Shown one piece after another: positions 36,996 to 49,250 of a stretch of 64,000 nt of DNA. Position 1 is the stretch's first letter; each line of letters starts with the position of its first letter. Source of the DNA: Octopus vulgaris (lineage: Eukaryota); NCBI GenBank assembly GCA_951406725.2, contig OX597820.1, positions 73,594,001-73,658,000 of the forward strand, in the 5' to 3' direction. The notes under the pieces are model-generated. The model had not been told where the DNA came from. It did no database searches and worked only from the letters and a program-made list of their open reading frames with translations. The translations under genes were made by a program, and so were the position numbers.

Positions 36996-37601
36996 TATGG
37001 GATAGTGATTACAAAACCAAACCAAGAAGTGTTGATGTTAAGATAAATAGGCAAAGGGATGATGCAAACTAGCATCATCTGCAAAAGACAGATGCTGAGT
37101 CGTTTCTTTAACTGTCATCAGATGTGAGGTAGACTGAAGTAATTCTGTTCCAGTACGCTAACTTCTTCCAGTCAAACTGAACTACTAGTTAAGTAGAGAA
37201 GCCGGCGGTAAGCAGGACTCCGTATCCAATGTTGATAGACAGAAAGACTTTTCTATGTAATGAAGAAAGTAAACCAAGCAAACAATAGTCTCTGTGGAAA
37301 AATCTGTTAAATATATTACAGGGTTGCGGCTGTACAATTCATTCATATTTCCATGCTGCAAAAGCAATTTAAAAGTGTTAGCTTCTTCTGTACATGTGTG
37401 TGTATGTGAGAGAGAGAGAAGGGGAAAGGGTATGTGTGTGCATGATCCTGGTTATGGATGTGCATAGGGTGGAAGTCTTGATAGGTGTGTGTCTGAGTCT
37501 ATTCATAAAATAAAGTGAAATGTACGGGAGTATATAAGTGCCCCAACCCAACACAAGTTATATATATACACATGCACATGTATATACAAATAAACACACA
37601 T

Positions 37602-37641
<40 letters not shown>

Positions 37642-39494
37642 TATGTATATATAAATACACACACACATTATTATATATATCTATATATATACACACATAC
37701 ACACACATAAAGTGTGTAGGCGAATGCAAAATAAGCATGGTGTGGGTATCCACACAATAGTGTTCAGACAGATGAGAACTTAAAACACACCCCCAACACC
37801 GAGGTGCTAGTGTCTCCAGTGTCAACATTTAGCTAAAAGAATGATCCTCATTGAGCTGTTATGAAAGTAGAAAGGTAGATAAACATGAGTGGGCTTAAAG
37901 CATATATTTACACAGTATACAAATTACAAATTATGGATTATAAAATCAAAGTAAATGAAAAGAGTTATGTAATAGTCTTATCATGACAGCTGTTTCAGAG
38001 CACCAAGGCTTATGCTGTTTCCATGTTTGTGTATGATAAAGCCCCATGATGTTGGAGTATATAATAACGTGTATATAAATATCAACAAACTAACATTTGT
38101 TTTTTAAGTGTCGAAATATGTATTAAATGATACAAATTGGATATTTTTTCCAAATGCATTCGAAAAAAAGTCATCTACTCTGTATTGTATAATAACAACA
38201 GTTGTTCTGGATGATTTAGGCAAAACCAGGTTACTCTGATTGGAAGAAAATGGCAATTGTGCATTTCATATCACTGTTTTTGAGGTGACCAAACCTCGAA
38301 TTATTTTACATCATGTACTAGGTACGACCAGTACTAGTGAGGTCACTTTGCAGCTTGTAAGTCTATGAACCCCAAGGGTACAGCTTAACACTAGGAGATA
38401 AGGGGTTATTGTATGAGGAAAGGGGACAGAGCAGAACAGGTTTCCTGCTGTAAGGGAGCGATGTAATTACTCACATTTTAGGAGGAAGGGTGGGAGTGAT
38501 CAGGTGAAGATGGAAAGGGATAATAATGATAATGGTGAGGAGTCATCTGAGTGGTCCCTCAAGGTATGTGTGCAGAAGTGAGTGGGGACAGAGGAAGTAG
38601 GTTTCTAGATGGGTGGATGTTGCAAGAATGTATGGGAAACTAGAGAGAGGAGGTAGGCAACAACTGTAAAGATTGGGAAGGTTGAAAGGTCAATGTGGTG
38701 GATGGGGATGATGCCTGAGTTTGGAGAGACAGGGGAAAATGGGAAATCATTGACAATGCAGAAAAAAATTATGTGGGGAGCAGCAGAATGGTAACAATGA
38801 AGCAATGATTAGGAGAAGGATGTGAGGGAGACGACATATGGTTGGGTTGGTTTCAGGCATGTGGAGAGGGAAGAAAAGAAAGAGAAAGGCAGGGATGGTG
38901 CATGAGAAGAGCAAAAGACAAATGGTGGTAGAGAAGGAGAGGTAATTTGGTAAAGAAGTGCTAAATGCAAAATGTGGGTGGAGATACAAATATATAATAC
39001 ATACTTTATGTAATATTATACACTTAAAATATATCATCATCATCATTATCATTCTTTAAAGTCCATTTTCCATGCTGGCATGGGTTGGACAGTTTGACAA
39101 GAGCTACCAAGTTGGGAAGCTGCACCAGGTTCCGGTTTGATTTGGCTTTGTTCCTACAGCTGGATGCCCTTCCTAATGCCAACCACTTTACAGAGTGTGC
39201 TGGGTGTTTTTAATGTGGCACTGGTGCCAGCATTAAAACACCAGTATGAGCCCTTTTTATATGGCACCAGCACACTTAAAATATGTACATATATATATAT
39301 TTATACACAAAATTTAGAGGAATGACCATTAAAGTGGACACCCTATATGCTAAACATAGACATCAAATCACCATTACCACGAAGAATGGTCATTCCTCTA
39401 AATTTTGTATGTATCACAATTTTTAATCTTCAGATTTTTTAAATATGCTAAGCCACTGGTTTTAATTGATTAACATCAATTTTTACCCTTATTA

Positions 39495-39548
<54 letters not shown>

Positions 39549-40824
39549 TATATATATATATCACGTGATCACGTGACTGACCAGGCTATCAGATGTTGCT
39601 ACACATCGCTGGTCACAATACGCTTTGCATTGTTTTAGCCTTCAAATGATGCCATACTGCTGGCTAAGTGAGCAGGCCAATATATATATATTAGGGAGAG
39701 AGAGAGAGAGAGTGACAGACAGACAGAGATAGATAGATAGGTAATTATCATTTAATACCCATTTTCCATGCTGGAATGGATTGGACAGTTTGGCAATATC
39801 CAATGTGCTGAATGAAATATATCTATATGTAATGCATATATATAATTCTATACATATTACATATGATATACACATATATGTATGTATGTATGAACACACA
39901 TTTCATGAAACATAAAACATAATGAAGCCACAAAAACAATACTTTTTTATTCCTGCATCAAATAACGATAATTAAAATGATCTGATGCTGGCCTCTTATC
40001 CTCTGATGTTTTGGATTCATTACATTAAAACCGCTTTCAATTCCTCCCTGCCTCCACCGATAAACAGTCGATCATGATACTCGAGGCATGATATATCTTA
40101 TTCCACGACACCTAATCAACCAGGTTAAAGATCAAAACATCAATTTCAAGCCTTGTATAACAATTGCATTCTGAAATCAATTAATGATGCATAAGTTTAT
40201 CTAATTTGTCCTGACTTGTGTTGTTAGTCCCTGCAGAATCTAATTATTCTTAACAGAATATCCGGATCAGCTTAATTAGTTGGAGATTCATAATTACTAT
40301 TTCTGCTCAAAGATATTTACATGATGAGAATAGTAAGAGCTGGCTGTCAAGCATTTCCACATCTGTCAATTTCTGTAAATGATAAATAGTTTCTCTTATT
40401 CTGGTTTCCTCTGATCAGTGAATTATTTCCATAATTTTATCAACATGTTTTGTTTCGTAAGCTAGTATTGTTGATCGGCAAGAACTATGCAGGGGGAAGT
40501 TGAGAGAGAGAGAGAGAGACACAAAGAGGATTTATGAGCTTGATGGCAAACAAAGGGTTTGGATCCCAATGCAAAAGGCTGACTAGATAAAATTAAATGA
40601 GCCATGAATAACGAGTGTGATGTTAGGTTAAACCTTGATGAAAATTTAGTTGAAGAAAGTAACAGGGGTCTCAAACAAAGGCCTAGGCAATGTGTGTGCA
40701 GAAGAGGTGGTTGTACTGATATGGACACAGAATGCAATTGGGTGATAGATAATGTTGCACACGGGATTGAAAACGTGTTGTAAATTGATAGTGTGTATTT
40801 CTATGTGCATGCGGTGAAGGTGAA

Positions 40825-41043
40825 AGTGGCAGCAGCAGCAACAGTAGTAGTAGGTGTAATGGCGAATGTGACAGTAGTAGTAGTAGTAGGAGTAGCAGTA
40901 GTAACAGCAGCAGCAACAGTACTACTACTACTACTAACAGCAGCAACAGTAGTAGTAGCAGAAGTTGTGGTGGTGGTGGTGGTGGTAGTGGTGGTAGCAG
41001 TAGTCGTAGTAGTAGTAGCAGCAGCAGTAGAAACGGTAGTACC

Positions 41044-41077
<34 letters not shown>

Positions 41078-41085
41078 CAGTAGTG
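40825..41085. repeat. Compound trinucleotide microsatellite (AGT/AGC/GGT)
   Basis: Runs of gta, gca and gtg; source of the spurious poly-T/V/L ORFs. Confidence 0.95.
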
Positions 41086-41550
41086 TAGCCAGAGGCAAGG
41101 TGGGGGACAATCCACTCCAAAGCAACATTTTTGTGGGGTTAGCATTTTTTGATTTGTTGTATAAGCTTGTATAGAATGTATAGGTCCCAGGGTGGATGAA
41201 CTCAGTGGGTTACCCCTTGCAGCACATGCTCCAGCTATGACACTGTAGTAGTAGTAGTAGTAGTAGGAGGAGGAGGAGGATTTTTCTTCTGTTGGTTTAG
41301 AGATGCTGACAGAAGATCCATTCCTTTGTTCTAAGTTTGATGCTTCTGCATCTTACTTAATATCAGTCATATGAAGACAAGAGAAGAAACAAAAAATATT
41401 TGTGTTTAACCCCAGGTCATCCCTGCTCCACTTGATGATCAAAATATAGTCAAGCCATGACCATTTCATGTTTTCAGATACAGTGAAATAAGGACTATGT
41501 TAACCATAATGTTCTCCTTGTGTTTTAACACAGTATTATTATTATTATTA

Positions 41551-41995
41551 TTGAGTGAGAGAGCAGTGCATGCCATCAAAGTGATACTGGGGTAAAATAT
41601 ACGAAGCTCAGCATACCCATCATGACTACCCGTCTGATAAGGGTACACTAGGCACATGCATCACAATCATATGTGTGTACTACATGGTGATCTCATATCA
41701 AGATAAACAGCGCATGACCTTGCAGGTGGGGCCCAGTTAGAATTTTCTTCTGGTCGAGTAGCCAGCTGATCCCACTCAAAAGGTCCCTGAATGAGCATTG
41801 TTTAAGGATGTTGAACGAACCACCCATGTTTCCAAAGGTGAATTATCCAAACCTCCAAGAATTCCTTTCAACACACAACTATTTGCTGCAGCCCATCTTT
41901 TATACCAAGACAAAACAATGTACAGGATAACACTTCCAATCAGTTAAGATCTGAAGCCATGAGAGCCACTGCCTGGTACTGCATTAGGGCATATA
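41551..41995. repeat. (ATT)n-anchored interspersed repeat; partial copies at 17660-17705 and 61039-61270
   Basis: ttgagtgagagagcagtgcatgccatcaaagtgacactggggtaaaatatac... occurs three times, each directly after ATT repeats. Confidence 0.7.
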
Positions 41996-44860
41996 TTATT
42001 ATTATGAATATTATTATTATCAGGGTAGTAAGCTGGTGGAATCATTAGTCCATCAGACAAAATGCTTAGTTACATTTCTTCTGGCTTTTAACATTTCAAG
42101 TTCAAATCCCACTGAAATCAACGTTGATTTTCATCCCTGGGATAATGTAATCACCTTGCCCCTCCCCTCAAATTGCTGGCTTTGAACCTTGCAATGGACC
42201 AGTATCTCATTCAGGAAAATGTTGTGGTCTTGGTCATTTATATCATCATCATCATCAGCGTTTAACATGTTTTCCATGCTGGCATGGGTTGGACAGTTTG
42301 ACTGAATCTGGAAAGCCAGCAGCTGCACCAGGCTCCAATTTGATCTAGCAAGGTTTCTACAGTTGGATGCCCTTCCTAACGCCAGCTACTCCAAGAGTGT
42401 AGCCGATGCTTTTTACATGCCACTGGCACAGGAGCCAGTCAGGCAGGCCTGGCATCGATCACGTTTGGATAGTGCTTTTTACGTACCACCAGCATGGGAG
42501 CCAGTCAGGGGGTACTGGCATTGGCTTTAAAGGTAGCAATTCTCATTGAAACAAACATGATATTAAATAATTCTCCATCATACATCTACTAAAATCTTTA
42601 ACATACTTCCAAAATGGGACTTCATCTATGTTTATCTATGTGTGTCTATGTGTAGGTATGTATGTGTGTGTGTGTGCTGGGTGGTAAGGGATGTGTGAAT
42701 CAAATTTGGAATTTTTCATATGAAATTTGAAATTAATTAATTTTTTGTTTGCCATATTGTTAATCTCCCTATTTTCCCATGTAGATCAAAAAAAAATTTC
42801 GAAAAATGTTAAAAATTTTTTAATTGGGGGGAGGGGGAAATTTAAAATTTCGAAAATGGGATTTTTTGCATATTCAGAATCTCCATCATCAAAAACCTAG
42901 GAATCTGCTGAGGAAAAAAATTTCTGAAAGCTCGTTTTTTTTTTTTTGGAGGGAAGTGTTGACTGTCGTCCAGCTCCACCATATTTTGTCCATCTTATTA
43001 TTCTGAGTTCAAATGCTGCTGGGGTTATCTTTGCCTTTCATCTTTTTGGGATCAATAAAATAGGTACTAGTTGAGTACTGGGGTCAATGTAATCAGCTCC
43101 CACCTCCCCCCCAAAAAACTTGCTGGCCTTGTGCCAAAATACAAAACCAGTATCAAAGATGAGAATAATGATGATGAAGACATGAAGAGACAATGATGAT
43201 GATGATGACACACTCAAGCCTTATTGATCTTCATCTGCATTAAATGTGCTTTATGGATGCTGTATTAAAATGTTAGCAAAGTGAAAATGAATTAAAGAAA
43301 AGTTTTGTTTTTATATTTGGTTTGCAAGATTCATGATGTGAATCTGTATGCTGAAACATAAAAGTATCTTGGGAGGGTCATTATGCCAATAATAAACACA
43401 TCCACTGGTTCTGTTTCACTTCTTTATCTGTTAATCAGGAAATCACTTAACCCATTAAGTAATCAATTGTTTGATTAATTGCTTAATCAATCAACCAATC
43501 AATCACCAGGTTTTATCAAAGTCCTTTTGTAACCATTCGCAACATCATCAATGACACCCCCTCTCTACCCCAGGTCTTCCTGTCTCATATTTTGCAGATT
43601 CTATATTTATATTTATACAGATGTGATTGAGTACATAAGTGAAAGAGTGAAGTTGGTGGAGGAGGGGGAGACTTACAGAAAGTTTATGATAAAATCTTCA
43701 AAGAAATATTATCCTACTTTTACAATTAAATTAGCTAATTTTTAATTCAATAACACACTTCATAATCCTAAATAAAACCCGCACTTAATGCTCTTTAATT
43801 TTGTAAAGCTTATTAACTCTATCCAGATTATCTCAAGTAAAGAGATACAGCTGACCATTCAGTAATGCATTTCACTGATATCAAACATGAGTGAAATGCT
43901 ACTAGCCTTCACTGCTGACCTCTGTCCATTACACTCTTATCCCCTCTTGTTACCTTTTACTTTCTCCCCCTTCATTTTTTATTGTTGGTGTAGTTTTCTT
44001 AATTTCCACTCTCACTACACCCCAATTTGTTTATCAAGCACCACCAGAAAACAGCTCATTACTCTCTCCCTACATCTCATTCGCTCCCCCTTTCCATTTT
44101 TCTCTTTCTCTCTCTCTCTCTCCAATGTGGGAGCCTTTACATTATTGCTCAACCTATTAGAAATAGCAGAAACAAAGATTCACACACACACGACAAACTT
44201 CTTTCAGTTTCCATTTACCAAATCCACCCACAAGGCTTTAGTCTGCCCAAGGCTATAGCAGAAGACACTTGCCCAAGGGGCCATGCAGTGGGACTGAACC
44301 TGGAAGCATGTGGTCAGGAAGCAATCTTCTTACCACACAGCTATGTCTGTGATAAAATGCTTAAAGCATGCAAACTGCTTTGCAAAAATATTTCAAATTC
44401 TTTACAACATAGCTTAGTCGAAATCCAAGGACTGAATTGAAGATCATTTGGTTGCTTCCCAACCATATGGTCTTTGGTTCAGCCCCACTTGGCAGCACTT
44501 TGAACAAGTGATTTCTATTAGCCCTGGGCCAACCAAAACCTTGTGAATGGATTTGGTCTACAGAAACTGAAGCGTTAAGACTGGTCCCTCAGGTAGTGAA
44601 AAGCACTCGTGGCGGTGACATGTAAAAGTGCCTGTGCACTGTCACATAAAAACGCTCATGTGGTGCCATGTAAGTGCACCCAGCAACACTCTGTCAAGTG
44701 GTTGACAGTAGAAAGGGCATCCAGCCATAGAGGACCATGCCAAATGAGACTGGAGTCTGGTGCAGCTTCCCAGCTTGCCAGCTCTGGTCAAACCATCCAG
44801 CCCATGTCAGGATGGTCAATGGACGTTAGATGATGATGATGACGATAAAGATGGTATATA

Positions 44861-45094
44861 CAAGGTTGGCCAGAAGTCACCTGACAGTAAATCAAAACCA
44901 CTTAATTCCAAGATTTATTTATGTTTTAACAACTGAATGAATTTAATAAAAGCATCTAAATATGAAACACTATGAAAATTGTTCAAACTGAAGTCCTTCG
45001 TGAGTGACGTGCTTTTCCATTTGAGTCAATACAGAATTACAGACATTATTTATGGAATTTTGATTTACTGTCGGGTGACTTTTGACCAACCCTG
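44861..45094. mobile_element. Tc1/mariner-type MITE
   Basis: TA|caaggttggccagaagtcacctgacagtaaatcaaa ... tttgatttactgtcgggtgacttttgaccaaccctg|TA; ~36 bp TIR. Confidence 0.85.
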
Positions 45095-45498
45095 TATATA
45101 TATGTTTATATGTATGCGTATGTATGTGTGCTCCTTTGTCTTGAATCATGATTACAAACAAACATCACCATCACACAAGTGATGTTGATCATTTCCAGTC
45201 TTCAGGGGTGGATATGCCACAGGAGAAATATTACCTTGCTTCAAAATAGATGAGGGTTGGTGACAGGAAGGGCATCTGGCCATAGAAAATTTGCCTCAGC
45301 GAATTGTATCTGACCCATACAAACATAGAAATGTGGACGTTAAATGATGATGAGGTCAAATGATGATGAACCCTTAATCACTTTCATATAAATAAATTAT
45401 GAATGTTTAATTGACAAAAATGCATATAAAAACAAAAGAAATCTAGTAGTTTTTCCAGAATTTTCTTTTTGCTAAAGTAATCTCTATTTCTTTTGCAG

Positions 45499-45916
45499 AG
45501 TTGCCAGTATGCAAGATGCTGCTTTGAAAGAAAAACGTCCCAGCATTCTTCAGGAACATATTCGCAATCTTCGAAAATCTCCAACGAGCGGCAAATTCTG
45601 GTTAATCGATAACGAGAGTGGTTTACTGGATGCTTATGATTTACTTTATCGCGACAAAATAAGTGGGAAGAATTTTGTTTCATTCCACCAACAAATGCTG
45701 AAGACAATGTGCATATTTCAGAAATACGTTGCCGACTCACTTCAGACACTGAAGAGCTTATCAGCCCCTCACTTAAAACTCGAAGACTTTGCTCGATATC
45801 ATGAACCTTTATTAAACAAAATACCAAAGGACTACACATATTCTCTGTTCAAGTCAATGTTCTCAAAAAGATTAGCTGAAGTTTCAAATTGGATTGAGTA
45901 CTGTAAGACAAGATGA
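45499..45916 (+). CDS. fj: Four-jointed/FJX1-like kinase, terminal coding exon C
   Basis: Acceptor tctctatttcttttgcag|A, in frame with exon B: (R)VASMQDAALKEKRPSILQEHIRNLRKSPTSGKFWLIDNESGLLDAY...MLKTMCIF...HEPLL...RLAEVSNWIEYCKTR*. Contains the Fj catalytic DNE motif and the C-terminal CIF/HEP/Cys pattern; stop TGA at 45914-45916. Confidence 0.93.
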
Positions 45917-46034
45917 CAAATACATTCTACTATAGACTGAAGAAACATGTACATACAATATTGTGAAATAATACAAATGTAAATATTGATAATAATAATT
46001 ATTGGCCATTGAAAAAAAGAGAAAAACTAAAAAT

Positions 46035-46040
46035 AATAAA
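46035..46040 (+). terminator. Candidate polyadenylation signal of the fj-like gene
   Basis: AATAAA ~120 nt after the stop codon, followed by a GU/U-rich tract (tgtttttgttgcttgtc, ~46058-46075). Confidence 0.5.
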
Positions 46041-47375
46041 TTATTTGTGTCACATGATGTTTTTGTTGCTTGTCTTAATATCAGTTTTGTTTTTGTTCTT
46101 GTTGCTGAGCCTTGTGTAAGCCCTTACCAAGCAGATCAATGATCGAAGGCATTCCAGTTATGACCATCCAGCTATGACTATCTAGTCTTAATATGTATCT
46201 AGGACTACATTGTCTAATATGTGCTTCTCTTTTGAAGATAGTACAGTGTGATCTGAGGGAATTTGGCTGCTATTTCAGCAGGTTGATCAACAGTGCGGAA
46301 GTTCCCTCATAAGCTCGTAATATCATCATTGTTTGATGTTGGTGATATCAATACGAAATATATGTTCCTTCCAGAATAAAACTTCTAGGAGATATTCATT
46401 GTTTTGTTGTTGCTCTTTTGCTTTTTTTTTTGGATAGATTCAAATTGTACATCATCACGATCATCACCATCAACATCATAATCATCACCATCATAATCAT
46501 CACCATCATCACCATTATAATCCTCACCATTATAATCCTCACCATCACCACCACTATCATTTTTATGTCCACTTTGGTACAGGCATAGTTGTGGCTGTGT
46601 GGTAAGAAACCAGCTTCTCGACCCTGTACTTTCAGATCCAGGTACTCTGCATTTAACCTTAGCCAAGGGTCTTCTACTGCAAAACTTGACTGACCAAAGC
46701 CTTGCGAGCATGGTGGATGGAAACTGAAAGAAGCCTGTCATTAACACATCCCTTAACCCCATGGGGCGGTGGGTCATTGGAGCACTGCAGCCAAGCAGCT
46801 TTCCTAGGGTGAGAAAACCTGGAGGAGCCCATCCTTCTCCAGGCTCAACTCATTTCTACAGCTGGAGCAACATGAAATGAAGTGTTTTGCTCAAGAACAC
46901 AATGGATTGCCTTGTCCAGGGATTGAAACCACAATCGTACAGTCATGAATCCAACACCTTAACCACTAAGCTATGCGCCTTCACATATTTATATTCTTTG
47001 ATTTGTTTCAGTCATTTGACTGTGGCCATACTGGAGCACCGCCTTTAGTCAAACAAATAAACCCTAGGACTTATTCTTTGTAAGCCTAGTACTTATTCTG
47101 TCGGTCTCTTTTGCTGAACTGCTAAGTTACAGTGACGTAAACACACCAGCAACAGTTGTCAAGTGATGTTGGGAGAACAAACACAAACATATACATTACA
47201 CATGCATATATATACATATGTGATAGGCTTCCTTCAGTTTCCATCTACCAAATTCACTCACAAGGCTTTAGTTGGCTCGAGGCTGTAGTAGAAAACATTT
47301 GCCCAAGGTGCAATGTAGTAGGACTGAACCTGGAGCCATGTGGTTGGTAAGCAAGCTACTTACCACACAGCCACT

Positions 47376-47416
<41 letters not shown>

Positions 47417-47595
47417 CGTAAAATGCACCCACAACACTCACGGAGTCGTTGGCGTTAGGAAGGGCATCCAGCTGTAGAAATACTGCCAGATCAGACTGGA
47501 GCCTGTTGCAGTCTCCTGGCTTCCCAAACTCTGGTCAAACCGTCCAACCCATGCTAGCATGGAAAACAGACGTTAAATGATGATGATGATGATGC

Positions 47596-47627
<32 letters not shown>

Positions 47628-48599
47628 TATGATTTTATATATGTGTGTGATACTGCCCTGATACCATGTGATAGTTGTAAGTGTAACCCTCAAGCAAGCA
47701 GTATCCTTTATTTCCAATCTTCCATAAAAACATGTCTGGCCATGGGAAAATATTACCTTACTTGGAAACAGATAAAGATTCAGTGGCAGGAAAGGCATCT
47801 GGATATAGAAAGTCCATCTCAGCAAATTCATCCAGTCCATGAAAAAATGCCAAAGTGGACACTAAATGGTGATGAACAATTATGATTTGTACCTTGCATT
47901 TGGATGGGTTGTCATGGTCCAAGTAAATTCTTTTGATGTAATACTTTCCTTAATGGGTCAAAGACAATATTTTATTCATTTGTTCCATACTTGGCATGAT
48001 TTCTATAAAGCCAATCACGTTATGGTGTTTATTGAATGCATTTTATCTTGACACCAATCATCATTATCATCATCCAGTGTTTTAAATCCGGGTTTTGTCC
48101 CCGTTAACAAGGGTGGCTGGATCTACCTCAATGCCATAGTAACCGAGGTAGGCAGGTGCAGCCCACCCCAACTTCTGGGCTGGCTGGTGCCCATTTTCCT
48201 TTGCTGTCATGAGGTTTTTTTGAGCTGGATTTACTACAGGGAGCATGCCCTTGCTAACACCTAACCTCAGTTTCTAGACATGAGTGGTCCCACGACCAAG
48301 GCTACTACCAAGAATTTTAAGAAATGTGGTGGAAAACTAGCTCAAGAAGGCAAGGACACTACTCACTGAGACCCCCTTTTGGAGCCCCCCTACCAATACA
48401 AGGGAAAATTCTAATAACATATACACAACAAACACTCACTATATTAGTGCTGTATTTGGTAATGAGAAGGTTAAGTGGAAATATCTGACTATGAGACCTC
48501 CCACCATTGGTTTTCCTTTTCATTTAAGTTTTAAAAGAAATAACTCTCATTGTTGCAACTATCAACATTAGTGTCACAAAAGATAGACATGGTGAAATT

Positions 48600-49250
48600 A
48601 TAAAGGTGCCAGAACATGGGTGAGTAGATGTGTGTTGCATGCAAAAGGTGAGATGGAGGAGAGCCTAAGCCAGACTCCTTACAGGCAAAAAACATGGGTA
48701 TGTTACAATGCTGGTTTAAGTGGAACAGGCATACTGGTGACTGAGAAATGGATAGATAATGCAACCGAAGTAGCCAGAATATGTGAGAAACTATAGACTA
48801 GTTACTGGAAAAGCAAAAGCAAAAGCAACAACATCTCTGCAATTGACAGATGATTAAGGAAGTCACTTGGATAACAAACAACAAGGAGATCATTATCTTG
48901 GTTGGTAACTTCCGCTGATTACATCGAATAGATGGAGATGATTAATATGGTTAACAGAAATGCAAACAAATTACAGCTTCTGGAATTCTGTAATGCTAAC
49001 AAGCTAATCATTTGTGCCACACACTTCAAGAAATCAACCAATCACTTCCTCATATATCAATTACATAAAGCCTATTAGCCAGATAAACTTTATTCTTATC
49101 AGGGAATGCGATAAACAGTTGGTTGTAGATAATAAGTTTTCCTCCTCAGTGAAGAATGTACCACTCAATATGAGGTAGGGATTAGTGATTTCAGATTAAG
49201 GGCCAGATGGACTGAAAAATAAAAGATGGTCAGGAGAAGGAAGGTGTGAT
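48600..49250 (+). mobile_element. RTE-like LINE apurinic-endonuclease domain remnant; probably continues in pieces at ~49690-49770, 50380-50600 and 51320-51930
   Basis: Decayed translation IIILVGNF...RNANKLQLLEFCNANKLIICATHFKKSTNHFLIY...QINFILIR...EECTTQY, resembling the RTE APE motifs (GDFN, N.NG..LL.FC...L.I.NT.F.K, QIDYIL). Confidence 0.65.

Noticed and set aside
37085-37130. Minus-strand CTGATGA-cagttaaa-GAAA-cgac-TC hammerhead-like spacing
   Set aside because: Stems I, II and III do not pair convincingly; may be chance or a very decayed copy.
37975-38060. Minus-strand GAAACAGCTGTC (palindromic stem III typical of Penelope hammerheads)
   Set aside because: No matching CUGANGA found upstream on that strand; at most a dead remnant.
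40683-41145. ORFs encoding poly-T/V/L mucin-like peptides
   Set aside because: Pure trinucleotide microsatellite open in several frames on both strands; no splice or domain support.
45384-45839. 151-aa ORF antisense to fj exon C
   Set aside because: Shadow ORF of the real coding exon; no independent motif.
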